From the NCBI GenBank assembly GCA_010909165.1, contig VJWM01000068.1, forward strand, positions 248,001 to 312,000: DNA of 64,000 nt, given 5' to 3'. The DNA is from Anthoceros angustus. Lineage: Eukaryota > Plantae > Anthocerotophyta. The notes below the pieces were generated by a model that was given only the letters and a program-made list of their open reading frames with translations, had not been told where the DNA came from and ran no database searches. A program made the translations under genes and the position numbers. Shown in pieces: positions 38,380 through 51,900 of this stretch (its first letter is position 1; every line of letters starts with the position of its first letter).

Positions 38380-41300
38380 GGCAGGCCCGGGCCCGGGCCC
38401 GGGCCCGGGGCCAGCCATGCCGTTTGCCGGTGTGGGGAATGCGCAAATCGGATTGCTCCAGATTTACGCAGATCCGGTGGGATAGCGTACAGAAAAATAA
38501 CGCCACAGGGATGCAGTGATACAGGGATGGGATAGATGCAGGCAGGGTTGCATAAAAAAATAAGAGCACTGGGATCCGCGAATATGTATACAGACGGGGA
38601 GAGGATGGAGGGATCGCATGTCTCCTTATACGTGTCTGCGCCTTGCTTGTCTCCACTGCCCTCTTCTTGTGCGGCCTGCAATGCCTCCGAATTTAGGCCA
38701 GGTGCATTACGCAGAGCGATGTAGCGGAGGTCGGGCCGGGCCCGGTCAAAGTCAGCCAGATTTTTTGGGTGCACCGCCAGAGGCAGGGGCAGGGGCAGGG
38801 GCAGGGGCAGAGGCAGAGGCAGAGGCGGAGCGTGGCAGGCGCTGGCCTGGCGTGGCCAGTAGCTAACAGCCGCTTGCTTCTTGTTTCAGGATCCTTTTCG
38901 CTCTTCAACACAGCCACACAAGGCTCGCCTCGCCCTTCCACAAGGATCTCCTGCAGCGGGAGTCTCGAGTTCGCCTTGCCTGGCTTTGGTTACCTGTTTG
39001 GTACGCCCGTGCTTGTGGTGTATATAATAGGCGTGCCAGCGTCATTGAATGGGTAACGGAGCCCTAGATTTCCAGAAACGGAAGCCTTGACTCGGATGCG
39101 TGCGATGGGTGTTTGTGGGTGGGATCATATGGCGGGCACAGCCCTTTTGGGATAGGAGGGAGGGAAGGGGAGTGGTGGGTTTTTTGGTTTCGGGATACGA
39201 GGGGAGGAGGGGTGGGAGGGGGATGGTGGGTGTGTTGTTTTTTGGGTTGTTGAAAGGGTCTGGCATCACGGCATCGCGGCATCGCGGCATCAGGGCATCA
39301 GGGCATCAGGGCAGGCCCACACGACATGGTGGGCGACACATTCCTCGGCCTGCATGCGCCTCGGGAAGGAAAGAAGGAACGGGGATATGGATGCGTATTA
39401 TGCAGCCAGTGCGGGAGGCGGGACGTGAGTCGCATTGCATGGCATGCGGATGCAAATGCATGGGAGGGTGTGAGGGAGGAGGCACCTGAGAAACAGTGCT
39501 CTGGCCCTCTTGAAGAATAAGAATCGTTACAGACCCACCAGCCTGCTGGCCGGCTGCCTGCTGCCTGCTTGCGACGTTATGAGCTCATCAGGCGACGGTC
39601 CCACTTCCGAGCTTCCGAGCGCAGGCCCAGTCGCCCAGTCGCCCAGTCCACAGTCCAGCCCGGCCGATATTTCCTTTCCATGCCGTCGTCACTGACACTT
39701 CCGCATTCCAGCAGAAGCAGCCCACATTCCTCTGCTTTCCGGGCGCAAAAATAGAAATGGCATCCTTCCATGGGCATGCAACGAAGGGGAAAAGGCCTGA
39801 TCCGGGACCGGGACTGTCGTGTTGCTGCTGGCCGCCAATACAGCAGGGTTTTGTTCCATGCGCCTGTTGGGAGCAACTGGCAGCCCGATTCGGGCCGCCA
39901 GTCAACTGCAGAGCCAAGCCAAGGGCGAGCCAACGGCCGGCTATGCCGGGCGTATGTGTGTGTAGGCATGTATGTACATACGCCATAAGTTTGCGGGGCA
40001 GTGGGCAACAATAACCATGTACTTGTGTCTGGGTTTTTTGTCTGGGGATCCTTTGTCCTGTGGATGTGGATGAAGCCCCAGGACAAATCCCGTTATTGGG
40101 CTCTGCGAAAACCGCATTATGCAGCAGCTGTAGCTGCAGCAGCTGTTGCTGTAGCTGTAGCTGTAGCTGTGTAGCTGTAGCTGTAGCTTGTTGCTGCTAC
40201 ATGCATACTGCCATCGCTCCCACTCCTGGGTCCCCCGGCTGCTCATCTGATCATTGCCTTGCCTCTCATCGACCCTCTGACCGCCCACTCCGCCAACCCC
40301 AGCTGGTTAACGTGCAGTGCAGCATTCCTGTCATGCTGGTGGCCACAACTTCACAAGCTCCCCCTCCAACCCTAACAAAATATCTCACCTTCTCCTTGGC
40401 TGCCCATTCCCAGGCTCTCAGCCGAGCCCAGCCAAAGGCAGCGGCAGCGGCAGCAGCAGCAGCTGCTGGGGCTCTCCTGTGCCAAGCAAATATGCTAGGT
40501 AGTACGAAAGAGAGCTGCTCCTGCTCTCCCACCCACAGCTAGATAAGCTATTTGAGATGAATGTAGGCAGTATTATAAGCGTGCAGTTGGCACTGCAGTA
40601 GAGACAAAGCCGAGCCAGCCCATGCCTGTGCCTGTGTGCCTGCACTGTGTAGCCTGCGTACCACACAAACGTTCTCGCCCGGATCGCAGATATCAAGCAG
40701 AAAGCAGGTGTCATGGATGAGGAGGGCCCCCAGTGGAGTCCCCACCAGTTCGAACCAGGCCCAGGCCCAGGCCCAGGGGACTGGCTGGATTGGACTGCTC
40801 CCTGGTCCCTGGTCCCTGGTCCCCGGTCAGTGGGACTGGGAAGAGAAACAAATTCTGCGGTTTTGTTTCTTTCTGTCGCCTGTTGGATCTCGAAGGCAGT
40901 TGCAACAGGTGGGTACACACTACATACCTATGCCATACATGCCATAGCCACCCACCCTTGGTAAGGAAGAGGTCCCGTTCCGTCCCGGGTCCCGACTCCC
41001 GGGTCTCGGGCTCTTCACCTCCCCCTGCAACCCACCCGCAGGACAGTGGTTGGGAAAGGACGGATTACTGCACCCTCTACGCTCCTGTTGCAGGTTTCTA
41101 GTTGCAGCTTCAGCCCTTGTCATGCTTTGTTTCCGCCCAGGAGTGGCAGGAGCAGAACGAAGGCTTGCTTTTACATATCCAGCTGAGCAAGCTCCCTTTT
41201 CCAGAATGGCTGCAACTGGTTGCTGGGCACCCAGTTCTGGGCCGACATGAGATGACATGACACCATATGACATGACATGACAGGACGTCACAGCCCGAGT

Positions 41301-43565
41301 GTGAGGAGAGGACGCACAGCCCAAACAGTTGCACAGTGCTGTAGGACTAGCACCGCCAGAGTGAGCAGTTTCAGGTGTGACGAAACCTGCCTGCACATGC
41401 TTGGAACGGACTTCGTGTTATGCATGCGATGCAATTCCCAATGCCATACATCCACTGTTACGAGTAGTGTAGTCACAGGTCACCTCCGCTCGCTCATCTC
41501 TCACACAAATCACACAAATGGGAGCAGGCTGGCGCAGGGCATTAATGGTGGGCATGGCAGGGAAGTGACCACTGACGTCCCACTCGTAGCGCGGGCAGTG
41601 GCCAGAGCGCCCACTTCCCCCTGCCCTTCCCGGCTGGCTTCCACGGGAATTGGACGCCCTCCGTTGACCCCGTAACGACGACGACGATCCGTTCCCTCCC
41701 TTCCCGACCTCCGCTCACAACTGTGGCCCTCCTCAGCCCAGAGGCGGGGAGCCCACCATGGCAGCAGGCTCTCCAAGCTCGTGACATCGTGTACTTTGGC
41801 CCCACCCTGGGTGAGGTCAGAGCTGTGGTAATGTGTGTGTCAAGGGGAGACTGATGGGTTGGGTTGTGTTGTGTTGCGGTGTGTGTTGTTGTGTTGTGTG
41901 GATGTGTGTGTGTCGCCTGGACAGGTGTGGGGCCAATGCCCATGGGGATGGGGCCGGCCGGCCTTCCTCGGCCCCTCTGCATGCTGAATGCACTGGTCTA
42001 TTATACGCCTATGCAGTGGGCACCGCTGCAAAAATCCACGTACCAGCTTCCAGGCCTGCGCCTCCGGTACACTCATCAGTCTCTGTGAGAGAGGGCTGGT
42101 CACTGGTGGGAGCCGCTCCCTTGCAGTTGCACTACTTTATGCCTTTATCTGCCGCTGCTCTGCTCAGCGGCCTGCAACTAGTGAAGTTATTATCTCCCGC
42201 TCCAGCTCACAGGTCACAGCTCACAGCTGCAACTGCAACTGCAACCGCTGCTTGTAGCAGCAGCACTTCCAGAAGCCGCTGTAGCTGCACCGATTTGCCA
42301 ATGGCTGCAGCATGAGTGGGAGTCGGGGCAGGAAAGCATTAGCGGTTACCTGCTCACGCGCCAGCCTCTCCCACGCAGATAAGGTTGCTCCTCCTCCTGA
42401 CCTTCCTTCCTTCCAACCCAACCCATAATATCCATCCCATTCCATCCCATCCCGACGATGCTGCTGCCGCTGCTGCCTATCGATTCGAGAGGCCTGTCAT
42501 GGCGTGTCGCCTCTGTCTTGGCCCTCGCCCTTGCCCTTGCCCTTGCCCTTGTGCTTGCGGATACCCATGGCAATGCCAATGGCGTGCAAGGGCACAACAG
42601 TGCAATGCGCGCCTTTTGCGCCTCATGACTCACCCACAGCTAGACTACGTATGTACACGACCCATCAGCTACACAGCTGGTTTGCGACAAGCAGGCCAGA
42701 GCCCACTCCTCCCATGATATGTGCAATGTACTGCTCCTACGGAGTCACGGACACAAAAGGAGGAGAGGCGGGCTGAGGCAAGGCCATGGCCATGCCCTGC
42801 TGCCCATCTGAGATGATGCAATACCGATGACAGTGCCCAGTGCCCATGTCCTTCTTTTTACCTTACCCTCCGGGATCCGTTCGGAAGCCATGGCCAGGCA
42901 TGGCCCATGATTGCCGCATCGCATCGCAGGGCGGGGAGCAGAGGTAGATTCGTGAATCGGGGCAACAGGCGGGGACCACACTGCACAGGCCAGGCGCAAA
43001 CTATTACATTCCAGCCACATGCAAGCGAGCGACCAAAGTGCAAAAGTGCAATGCGCGTACGCTCACAGCTATCGGGGCTTCATGCCATCTACCGCCAACA
43101 TTCAATCGCCACCTTCATGTGGGTCCTGGATCATCACACCAGCACTCAGTGCCAACCCCGCGAAAGCCCTATCCAATCCTACGATTTGGCTGCACTGTCC
43201 TCCGGGATCCCACTATCCCTTGAATCGCTCGCCCTCCCTTTTTTCTCACTTGCGATGCAGCAAACAAAATGGGCAGGATGGCAGTAGACACAGGCGCCAG
43301 TGACAGCTTTCATTGAACATGGGCATCAACAAAGATTCATCTTATACGTCCTGCCATTCCTGGCTGTAAAATGTCTACAGTTGAAGGAACCAGCGTGAAT
43401 CAAGAATCACAAAATTTGCCTTCCGTTTTTCACTACATTAAATTATCGCAACCAGAGACATATCAACCTTAGCAAATTGTCTTACAGACCCCAGCCCAGC
43501 CCAGTCTAGCCCAGCCCAGCCTGTGTGTGTGGCCAATGGCCCAGCCCAGCCCAGGCCCAGCCACC
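38380..43565. repeat. GC-rich non-coding region dense in 5-8-nt microsatellites
   Basis: (GGCCCG)n ~38385; (CAGGGG/CAGAGG)n ~38780; (GCATCAGG)n ~39262; (TAGCTG)n ~40130; (CCAGGC)n and (CCTGGT)n ~40755-40820; (ACATG)n ~41250; (CCTTGC)n ~42530; (CCCAG)n ~43490. Confidence 0.7.
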
Positions 43566-43925
43566 TAGCTAGCTAGCACCTGTTCGCCTTCAGGTCTGCA
43601 CTGCACTCCACTGCACAGCTCCAAACATATAGGTAGTAAAGTAAAACATCCTCCTATATAAGATCACTCGGTGCAGAAATCCCATGCCCTTTTCCATGCT
43701 TGCATCCATCCTGTGTTGGGGAGCCGTCCGGAGTCTGGAGCCCAAATTGCCACCAGAATCCAACACGACTCCCCTGCCTCCTGTAACCCCCCAGAGGGGA
43801 GAGGGGGATCATGGCTCGACTCAACTTGCCGACGGCAGATTCGATGGATCAATCCACCAATAAAATTTGCATGGCAGCAAAATACCCTGTTTCCCTATAC
43901 CCGCTTCCACCCTTCCACCCTCTTG

Positions 43926-45910
43926 CTATTGAGCCTCCAGGCTGAGGGGAAGGCCACTACCAAAATTGTCAATCTTCCGCTTCTTTACAACTGGTACGCT
44001 CACCAAGCTCACACTCGGACTGGATTCCAGAGACCTCATGGTACTCTCACTGGCACAGCTGATCATTGAAGCCGCCTCCAGTACCCCTACAGGGCTCCGG
44101 GGGACAGTCGTGGTGAGCGAAATTTTCCGTTTTGCTGCCAAGCTGACGGGATTGAAAAACTGTTCCTGCATGAGCCGATAGCAGCGATCTGCAACTTCCT
44201 GTAGGCAAGCCGCAGAGAAGGAAACACCGAGGTCAGAAGACGGAACAAAGCTTTCGAAACCCCGACACTACAAAACATCAAAGCATGCAGGCAGTATGCA
44301 CTCACTCTGTCGATAGGAAGACACGCGTAGAGAAGTCGTCTGCAGTTCCCTGCTTGCGCAGGGGGCAAGTTGTCGAGTGCGCACAGAAGGGCTGCGGCAG
44401 CCACCGCCGACGGCCGAGATGCAAGGAATCTCTGATCTGCAAGCAATGCGCGCATGAGTTAGACGACAATCGATTCAGGTCGCAGGAACAGATATCTGCA
44501 CGCGAAACACGGCAACATGACTCACCTCTGAGACTAGCAAGGACCAGCTCGCTGATACGGGACAGCAGAGATCGATAGAGCATGCTGGACACCCCAAGCT
44601 TGTGTAGGAAAAAGTCGACGTAAGAGAAGGGGGTCACAGGAATCATGCGCCATTCAAGCGCGCTTAACACGAGCAGCTCCATGCGCTGAATGCTACGTGC
44701 TTCAAAGAGGAGTTCTGCATCCTCGACCTGGAGAGAGACAGCCCATATCAGGACATGGACAGAGGGAAACAGTGACAGGGCGGGCACGACTACGGGCGGA
44801 CCACATCACTTAAACGTGAAAAACTACCTGCAGGTCGAGAAGGATTGGCACTTCAGATTCTTCGACTTTGGCTGCTAGGGAGATGCATGCCACTGACAGG
44901 AGCTGAAGCATCCAGTCTTTGCCGACCTGAAGCAACCGAGTGAATCATGAGAAACGCAATGCACGAACACACACGACAACAGGAACATACAGCGGCGGGA
45001 CGGTGGCAGTCACTTACCGGCAGGCTGTTTCGAGACAGAAAACGATCGAGGTAATTGACGGCAAAGAAGACCGTGAGTGGGCCGAAGCTGTAGTAGGCTT
45101 GCACCTGCGCGAAAAGTCCGAGAATGAGCACCCGAGGGCATCTTGCAGAAACTCAAGACGCGGCGGCGCCTCACGACAGGGATACCGCCCCCACAGACCC
45201 AGACCAGCTCACGAACCCGCCGTACGTTCACTCTCACAGCTGGAGGGGCGATGACCAGCCTCCCAGTGCATCCTCTCACAGGTACATCATCCAGCCGTCC
45301 AGATCTGGATGACGGACTCACTTCAATTCTTGAACTCGCCTAAGTTCACTCCTTCCATCCAGACAAGAAAGAGACCAAAGAAGAGAGCGCAATGAATTGC
45401 AAAATTGCATCGGATGCAATCTTGCGCAAAGAAGCAGGCGCACAACGCAAGCAGGAAGCGATGTGGAAGGTGGAGGGGGGGAGAGAGCAGTAAACCGCAG
45501 CACTCCTCTCACAATTGGACAGACAAGCTCCCAGACTCCACCAGGCAAAGCAAGTCAGCCGCATTGCAGTCAAATTCCATAATCAGGCTGCGCAGGCGAC
45601 GGTATAGCTGGAAGGAGCTGGAAACTACCTTGAGCATCCAGCAGACGGCGCTCTCACGAGCTGCAGCATTGATGCCTTTGCAGTGAGATCTGTCGAGGTA
45701 ATAGGCGTCGGGCAAGAGCCGGGCTTCCTTCTCCACAAGCACGGCAATTGCCTCCTCGTCGTCCACAGGGAAATCAAGTAGAGCAGTATGCATCTCCCCG
45801 GGGCTCACCTCCTCATCCCCGCAGCTGTTGTCGTCCTCATCCCCCCATGCGCTTCCAATAGCATCCTCGGCGCAGAACAAACTGGTGGAGCAATCAATGC
45901 TGGGAGCCAT
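43926..45910 (-). CDS. CYCD: D-type cyclin (357 aa); exons 45910-45629, 45104-45018, 44926-44828, 44727-44526, 44436-44306, 44198-43926
   Basis: N-terminal LxCxE (LFCAE); cyclin box [48 protein letters not shown]; C-terminal SPVGVL and KKRK. All introns GT-AG and phase-consistent. Confidence 0.96.
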
Positions 45911-48900
45911 GCCTGTTCAACGAAATCCCGACTGCGAGTTGCCAGCACCTCATGAAAGAAGCGAGCCAGCCGCGGCCATATCCACAAAAGGTAATCGTTC
46001 GACACAGGCGACCCTGCCCCTGCGTTCTTCTTTGAGATTGAGCCTCGGCGGCAGCTTCCAAGCTTTCAAGCCCGATCACGCAATCCTGGCCCGAACTCCG
46101 TATGTACTTATTTACGAATGCAAGAAGGTGGAGCAGAGAAGCGTGGTGTGATATGTACAGCTCGGGGAAGCAAGCGCAGGCCGGAAAAAAAACCAGCACA
46201 GCAGACAACGCAAGACCGTGCGCCACACCAGACGGCCAGAAGAAGCAGAAAAGAAGAGAACAAGAATGTACAAAAAAGACGTCCCTACCACAGCCTCCGG
46301 CAGCTCAAGAGCCAGCCACAGTCAGGCATTCAATCCAGCACTCCCCCGGCAGCAGCGATTCGCGCTTGCCACAAAGCGAGAACGGGAAAGAAAGGCCCCG
46401 GCATCAGCCAGCCAGCGCGGGCAAAGAAGGGGCCACCACGCAGCAGAGGGAAGCCAAAATCCACACTCCGAAACACACACAGACCACAGCACAACAAAGC
46501 CACTCCCCTCTCCTTCTCAAAGAGCGCAATCCCGATTCCACCTCAGAAGGCCAGAGCAAAGCGAGAAGACGCCGCCAGCAGCAGAGGCTAGCGCATATGC
46601 AAGGGCTGGCTGGCGGGCTTGCTCGCAGGGCAAAGAAAAAATCGGCGGCGGCTCACACGAGAGGGAATGCAGCAGGGGGAGAGAGCAGGCGGCTGCGGGA
46701 GATGCGGCAAGCGCGAGCAGACCTCGGGAGGAGAATGGCGCAGCCAAGCGCAGGCTGGCAGGCAGTCGCGCGCGCCGGGGGCGGGGCAGGCGGCAGCGGC
46801 CAAGGATGAAGAAGAGAAGAGAGCGCCGGGCGAAGCGAAGGGCGAGGCGAGGCGAGGAGGAGGAAGAGGAAATGTTTGAGGGCTTGCCTGGCTAAGAGAG
46901 AGGAGGCGGTGGCGCGGCCAGGGACAATAAAGGGCGTGAAACCTCCACACTCCGCACTCCAGTAGAACTCGCCCGGTTTCCGTTTCCTCCCCTCGCCAAC
47001 TTAACCCCAGTCCCGCCAACTCCCTAAACTGAACCCGGGCCAAAGGGCCAAAGGGCCAAAGCTGGCCGCTGGCGTGTCCACGGCCCTGTTTGTTGGCCAA
47101 GCTGCTGCTTTCGAGAGTAAAGCTGTCTGTTACTTTGTCGTGGCTGCTCCCGTCGAGAAAAAAAGCATGGCACCTGGGTAGGTGTCGAAACTCTCGAGGC
47201 CCCCTAATAGGGAAACGCAACACAAATCTATCTCAATCTCTCCCCCCTCCAACCTTACCTCATCCCTTCCATTTTTACTCCCAACACATCCATCCTCAAG
47301 ATTATCTAAGCTTAGCGGAAGACCGAATACCTAAAGCTCATCTCACATCCTCTAAGATTTAACACAGGTTTGCATACCTCAGCACATGTTCTCTACTCTC
47401 GCATCCCGCTAACTTAGCAAAGATGATCCATCGCACCAACAGTTAGTCACCCAACTAGAGAGAGAGCCCCAAAAAATCATGAACGCCTCTCATAAATCTC
47501 CCAGCAAGCATGACGTCCCGATACTCCCGCCACCACAACCATAGTACTCTCCGACATCACTTCACTCCGACTCCTTTCAAACTCGAAGAAGTCTTCGCCT
47601 GCTCGCTCGTCAGCCTCAACTTAACTGACACCGCCAATGTAAGGTTGCATAGTACTTAGCGTTAATGACTATGAGCTGGCTGCCGCCACCGCATAACAAG
47701 ACTGACGGGGCGCAGACACAGACACGAACCTTCTCGAGCCCTCCTCGAGCGGTCATAATCACTATCGCACGCATCATAACTACAATGACACTACGTGCGA
47801 GATTTGATTTCGATCCCGAAAGGATCGTTTGACAATGGACCGACGCGGAGTAGCCGACCCCGCCATCCCTCCCATCAACACGCCGAGGATCTCCGCCTAT
47901 CGCATACAATGCATGGAGTTACAGCGCTTAATACAAAGTAAAATAATGAAGCAAGCATAATCATCCAATAAGTAACCCACAAGAAGAAGGGGAAGCCATA
48001 ATGGCAAGCAAGCGGGATGGATGACGCAAGGAGAAGGCGCGAATGATTTAATTTATGATGGGTCTGGTGTAGAAGGCCAGCAGCAGCGGCAGGAGCAGGA
48101 GCAGGGCAGGGCAGGGCAGGGCAGCTTTTGGTTGAATCGGGGAAAAAAGGCGCCAGATATTTTGGGGTCCAAATTGGCAGGAGGGGCGCCATACATTCAA
48201 TCGGGCGCGCGTAGAGAGAGATGCGGCCCGCCACTGCCACTCTTTCAAAGACCTGTTTGGCGGGCCTGCCCGCTTTCCGATAAATCTCGCCGCGGCACCC
48301 GCCCCCTCCTGGCCCCGGCCCCGGCCCGGGCCCCGGCCCCTGCGCCCACGTACATTCTTGTACATAGCCAGGTATGGCATGGATGGTGTACGTATTTGGC
48401 TCAGGATTACGAGGATTTTTTCGCAATCGAGGGAACATTTCTCACAATTATTGACCTTTTCCATTCCAGATTTGCTATGTGGGACTTGGCCAATGTGCCT
48501 CGCGCAGGTGATGTCACCCCCATGTATGTGCATATGATCGTGCAAAAGACTCGCCTCCCAGGAAGTCAATATGCAAAAAGCATGGTTGAATCCTCATCTC
48601 ATCTTGGCTCTCATGAATTCTATTTATAAAACAAAACTCATAATATACAAAAAAAATTATTTCTTTATGAAATATTTACATCCTCGTAAGTTATGTATCA
48701 TGCTTGTGTACTTTGCCCCGTGTAGCCACTCTATCCATGCATTTGTGAAGCATGAGAGAAGAAATATCCCATATCCCACCTGATTCAGAACATCAAGTCG
48801 GGAACTTGTGGGGATGTTGGTGAGCTTTGTCTTTTCATTTGTCTCTTCACGGTGCATCCGGGTTTGAGCATTGTGTGATAGTGCAACACAGGTATCAATA

Positions 48901-51900
48901 CCATAATTCCCTTTCTCCTCTTCGGGGAGGCAATAAAATACCCCTTATTATATTATGTAAACTTCTCCTCATGTGTGCTGCTCAACAAATCGACTCACAA
49001 GTAATTGATCTCGTGGAAGGTTGTGGAGAGGAAGAGCGTCGTCCCGAGCAGGGATAAATTAGAGTTGGAGGTGGAGGGAGGCGCCTTGGTAGACGCGAGG
49101 AATTACACGGCTGGCACTGGAATTAAAAATGCGGGGCCGGGGACGGTGGGCGGGGGGCCGGGCCTGGCGGGGCCCACCGGGCAATAAATAAGGGAGGGGA
49201 CGGTCGGACGGCACGGGGGTAGGTTACGTTAGGTTAGGGAGTGGCAGTGACCGGGGCCACCGGCGTTTCATGATGCGGGCTGTACCGGCATTAAGTTTAA
49301 GTGGGGTAATGGGCGGGGTAAATAAATCAGCGAGCGGGGCCGAGCATGTGAGCGGGGAAACGCCAAGCGGGGAGGGAGAGTTACGCTGGACTCCGTCACC
49401 TCGCACACTTGGGTACTTGGCTTGCAGGCCTTTCCCATTATTGGGGCCTGCAATCACAGCCGGTTGACCACCGTAAATCCCGAATTCAGCCCCGCTCCAT
49501 AGATCTACCTCCTTTGACCCCGGTAAAACTGCTCCGCCTTGTTGACCCCGGTTCCCCGTCATCCTCGCTTACTCAACACCCCACCATCATCCCGCATCAT
49601 GCTCATTCAGGCTCTTCAATTCCATATCCGGATGGTTGTGTGGCGAGAATATATGTGAGGGGTCGTGGGTTCCATCCTTGTGCCACCTTCCCTTTCGAAA
49701 ACTGCCCATAAAGATTATTACACTTACCAATCCCTCCGACTCCTTGTGAATGAAGCTGCGATACTCTTGAAGAGTTCAAAATAGGGAAGTGATGAAATAT
49801 TGTGTGATTTTATTCGAGTATTTATCTCAAGGATAGATTCTTTTTTGCTATATATTTTTATTCTATTAGATATTTTTGATGTAAAAATCAAAATATAACA
49901 TTTATTAGTTGAAGTATGGACAAAAGATATAAAAACGTTCATCACCATATTCTTGTTTGAAAGGTTGATTGTTGCACCCCTTGCTGGGTGTAAGAAACTC
50001 CCAAGTTATATCTTGATTGGCTTAATAAGGCTTGGAAAGGTAGAAAGAAGGTGACCCAGGTAGGGAGGGGAAAGCTCACAGGTATGCCGAACGTACTGGT
50101 CTCGGATTCCGATGAAGCCTAAATGCAAGGGATGGTGGGCATGGCCGGCTTTATGGGAGAAACCTCGCCAAAGCGCCCTCTAGGTGTGGAGGAGGCATGG
50201 GGCTGGTTTTCAAGGCGGCTGTGGCATCATGACATGGCCCTGGCCCTGGCCCTGGCCAGCCCTGACCTTGGCTTGAAGGAAAGTGGGGGATGCTCTTTGG
50301 CTTTGGCGGCTACTTTGGCGCCGTTTGCTGTTAGCTTTTCGTTGACATGCCCTGGCCAGAAAGCATGAAAATCTTTGTGGGATGACTCCACCCTGCACCC
50401 TGCACCCTGCACCCTGCATCCTCCACCCTCCACCCTCCACCCTGCGCCCTGCACCCTCCACCCGGAGAGCCGCTACCTCTTTCCCGTTCCACGCTCCACG
50501 CTCCACCCACCATCCAGGGTTTGTGTCAGTGAGACTCCCTCTTGACCGCACCCTTTTGGCCAAGGGAATCTGGGACTCGGCCATGGCCCCAAGGCAATGC
50601 GGTGCATTGCGTTGCTTGGCCCGGCCGGACTAGGATCCTGCAACCAGCACCAGCTGTCGCCGATCATCGAATTATGTATGCAAGCAGGCCTGTTCCCCTC
50701 GCCCGCCTCATGAGTACGGCCATGCGTGCCATGCGTGTGGGCCGAATGCTCGATGCATCGAGCAGCCCACAAAAATGTTTTGGCAGCGATGGAATGTGCT
50801 CCCAAAACCCACCAGGAAGCCGTGAAAACCTGCCTGCCTGCCTGCCGCCTCGGATAGGATCGGAACAGGGCAAGTTGGGACACCCAAATAAGGCAGCGTC
50901 GGGCCGTGAAACCGTGCAAGCCACAAACGATCGAACCGCCCACAAAAATGGCGTTGCGGCCCCGTAATGTGCTGCTGTGCTGCGAAAACCCACCAGGTCA
51001 CGATGCGATGGAGGCGACCCAGAAACAACAAGAGGCGGAGGAGGCACAACACGCACCCCGTTCGATCGTTGGGTCGTACCGAAATAGGGCAAGCTGTGGC
51101 CGGGCGGGCCCAGGGCCCCCGGGGAGTCGGACGCGTTGCAGGTCCAGGACTCCAGGTCCAGGTCCAGATATTGGGGCCATATTTTTCGAGGCATGCACGA
51201 ATGGGGGGGCATTCAATGCATTACATTGACCGAGAGCGGGACAGGCCGACCGTAATCTGGAACGGGGCCCGTTAACGGAAGGTGAAGCTGAGGCCCCCGG
51301 GGGGCCCTTCACTGAACCCAAAGCGGATTTACCTCGGGCCGCATTATCCAGGTGGCAGAGCGGAGGCATGATTCCCGGGCCTGCACTTCCCGCGGCCCGG
51401 ATCGGGCCGCGGCCTCGCCCGCGGCCGCCATCATGTGCCAGGCTCCTGGCCGCCTCGCCCCATCTCGTTTCGCCTTTCCTTCCATCATTGCCCATGCCCG
51501 CCCCCCAATCTCATCTGACAAGTATGCCTGTGCCGCGGCCTGATCCGGGCCGCCACCGCTCACCGGCTGCTGCCGGTGGCGCTTCGCTCGTATCCCCTCG
51601 TATGCCACCCGCCCCATACGCTCTTCCGTATGCCGTATGCGGCACGGTGGATACGACAACCCACCCGCCTGCTTTGTCGCCACCAACCAGGAGCAGGGAC
51701 CAGGGCAGAAACACACAGATCTGCCTCCCGCTTTTGGGACCTCGAATCGACAACGGCCCGGATCGGGCTGCTGCGCTGCCTGTACTTGCCTCCTGCAACT
51801 GCCCTTGCCACCGACCCTTGCTGTATTTTACATTTATGCGCATACCCATGCAATCCACAACAAACAAATACAAATACGGCCCGATTCGGGCCGAATCTAC

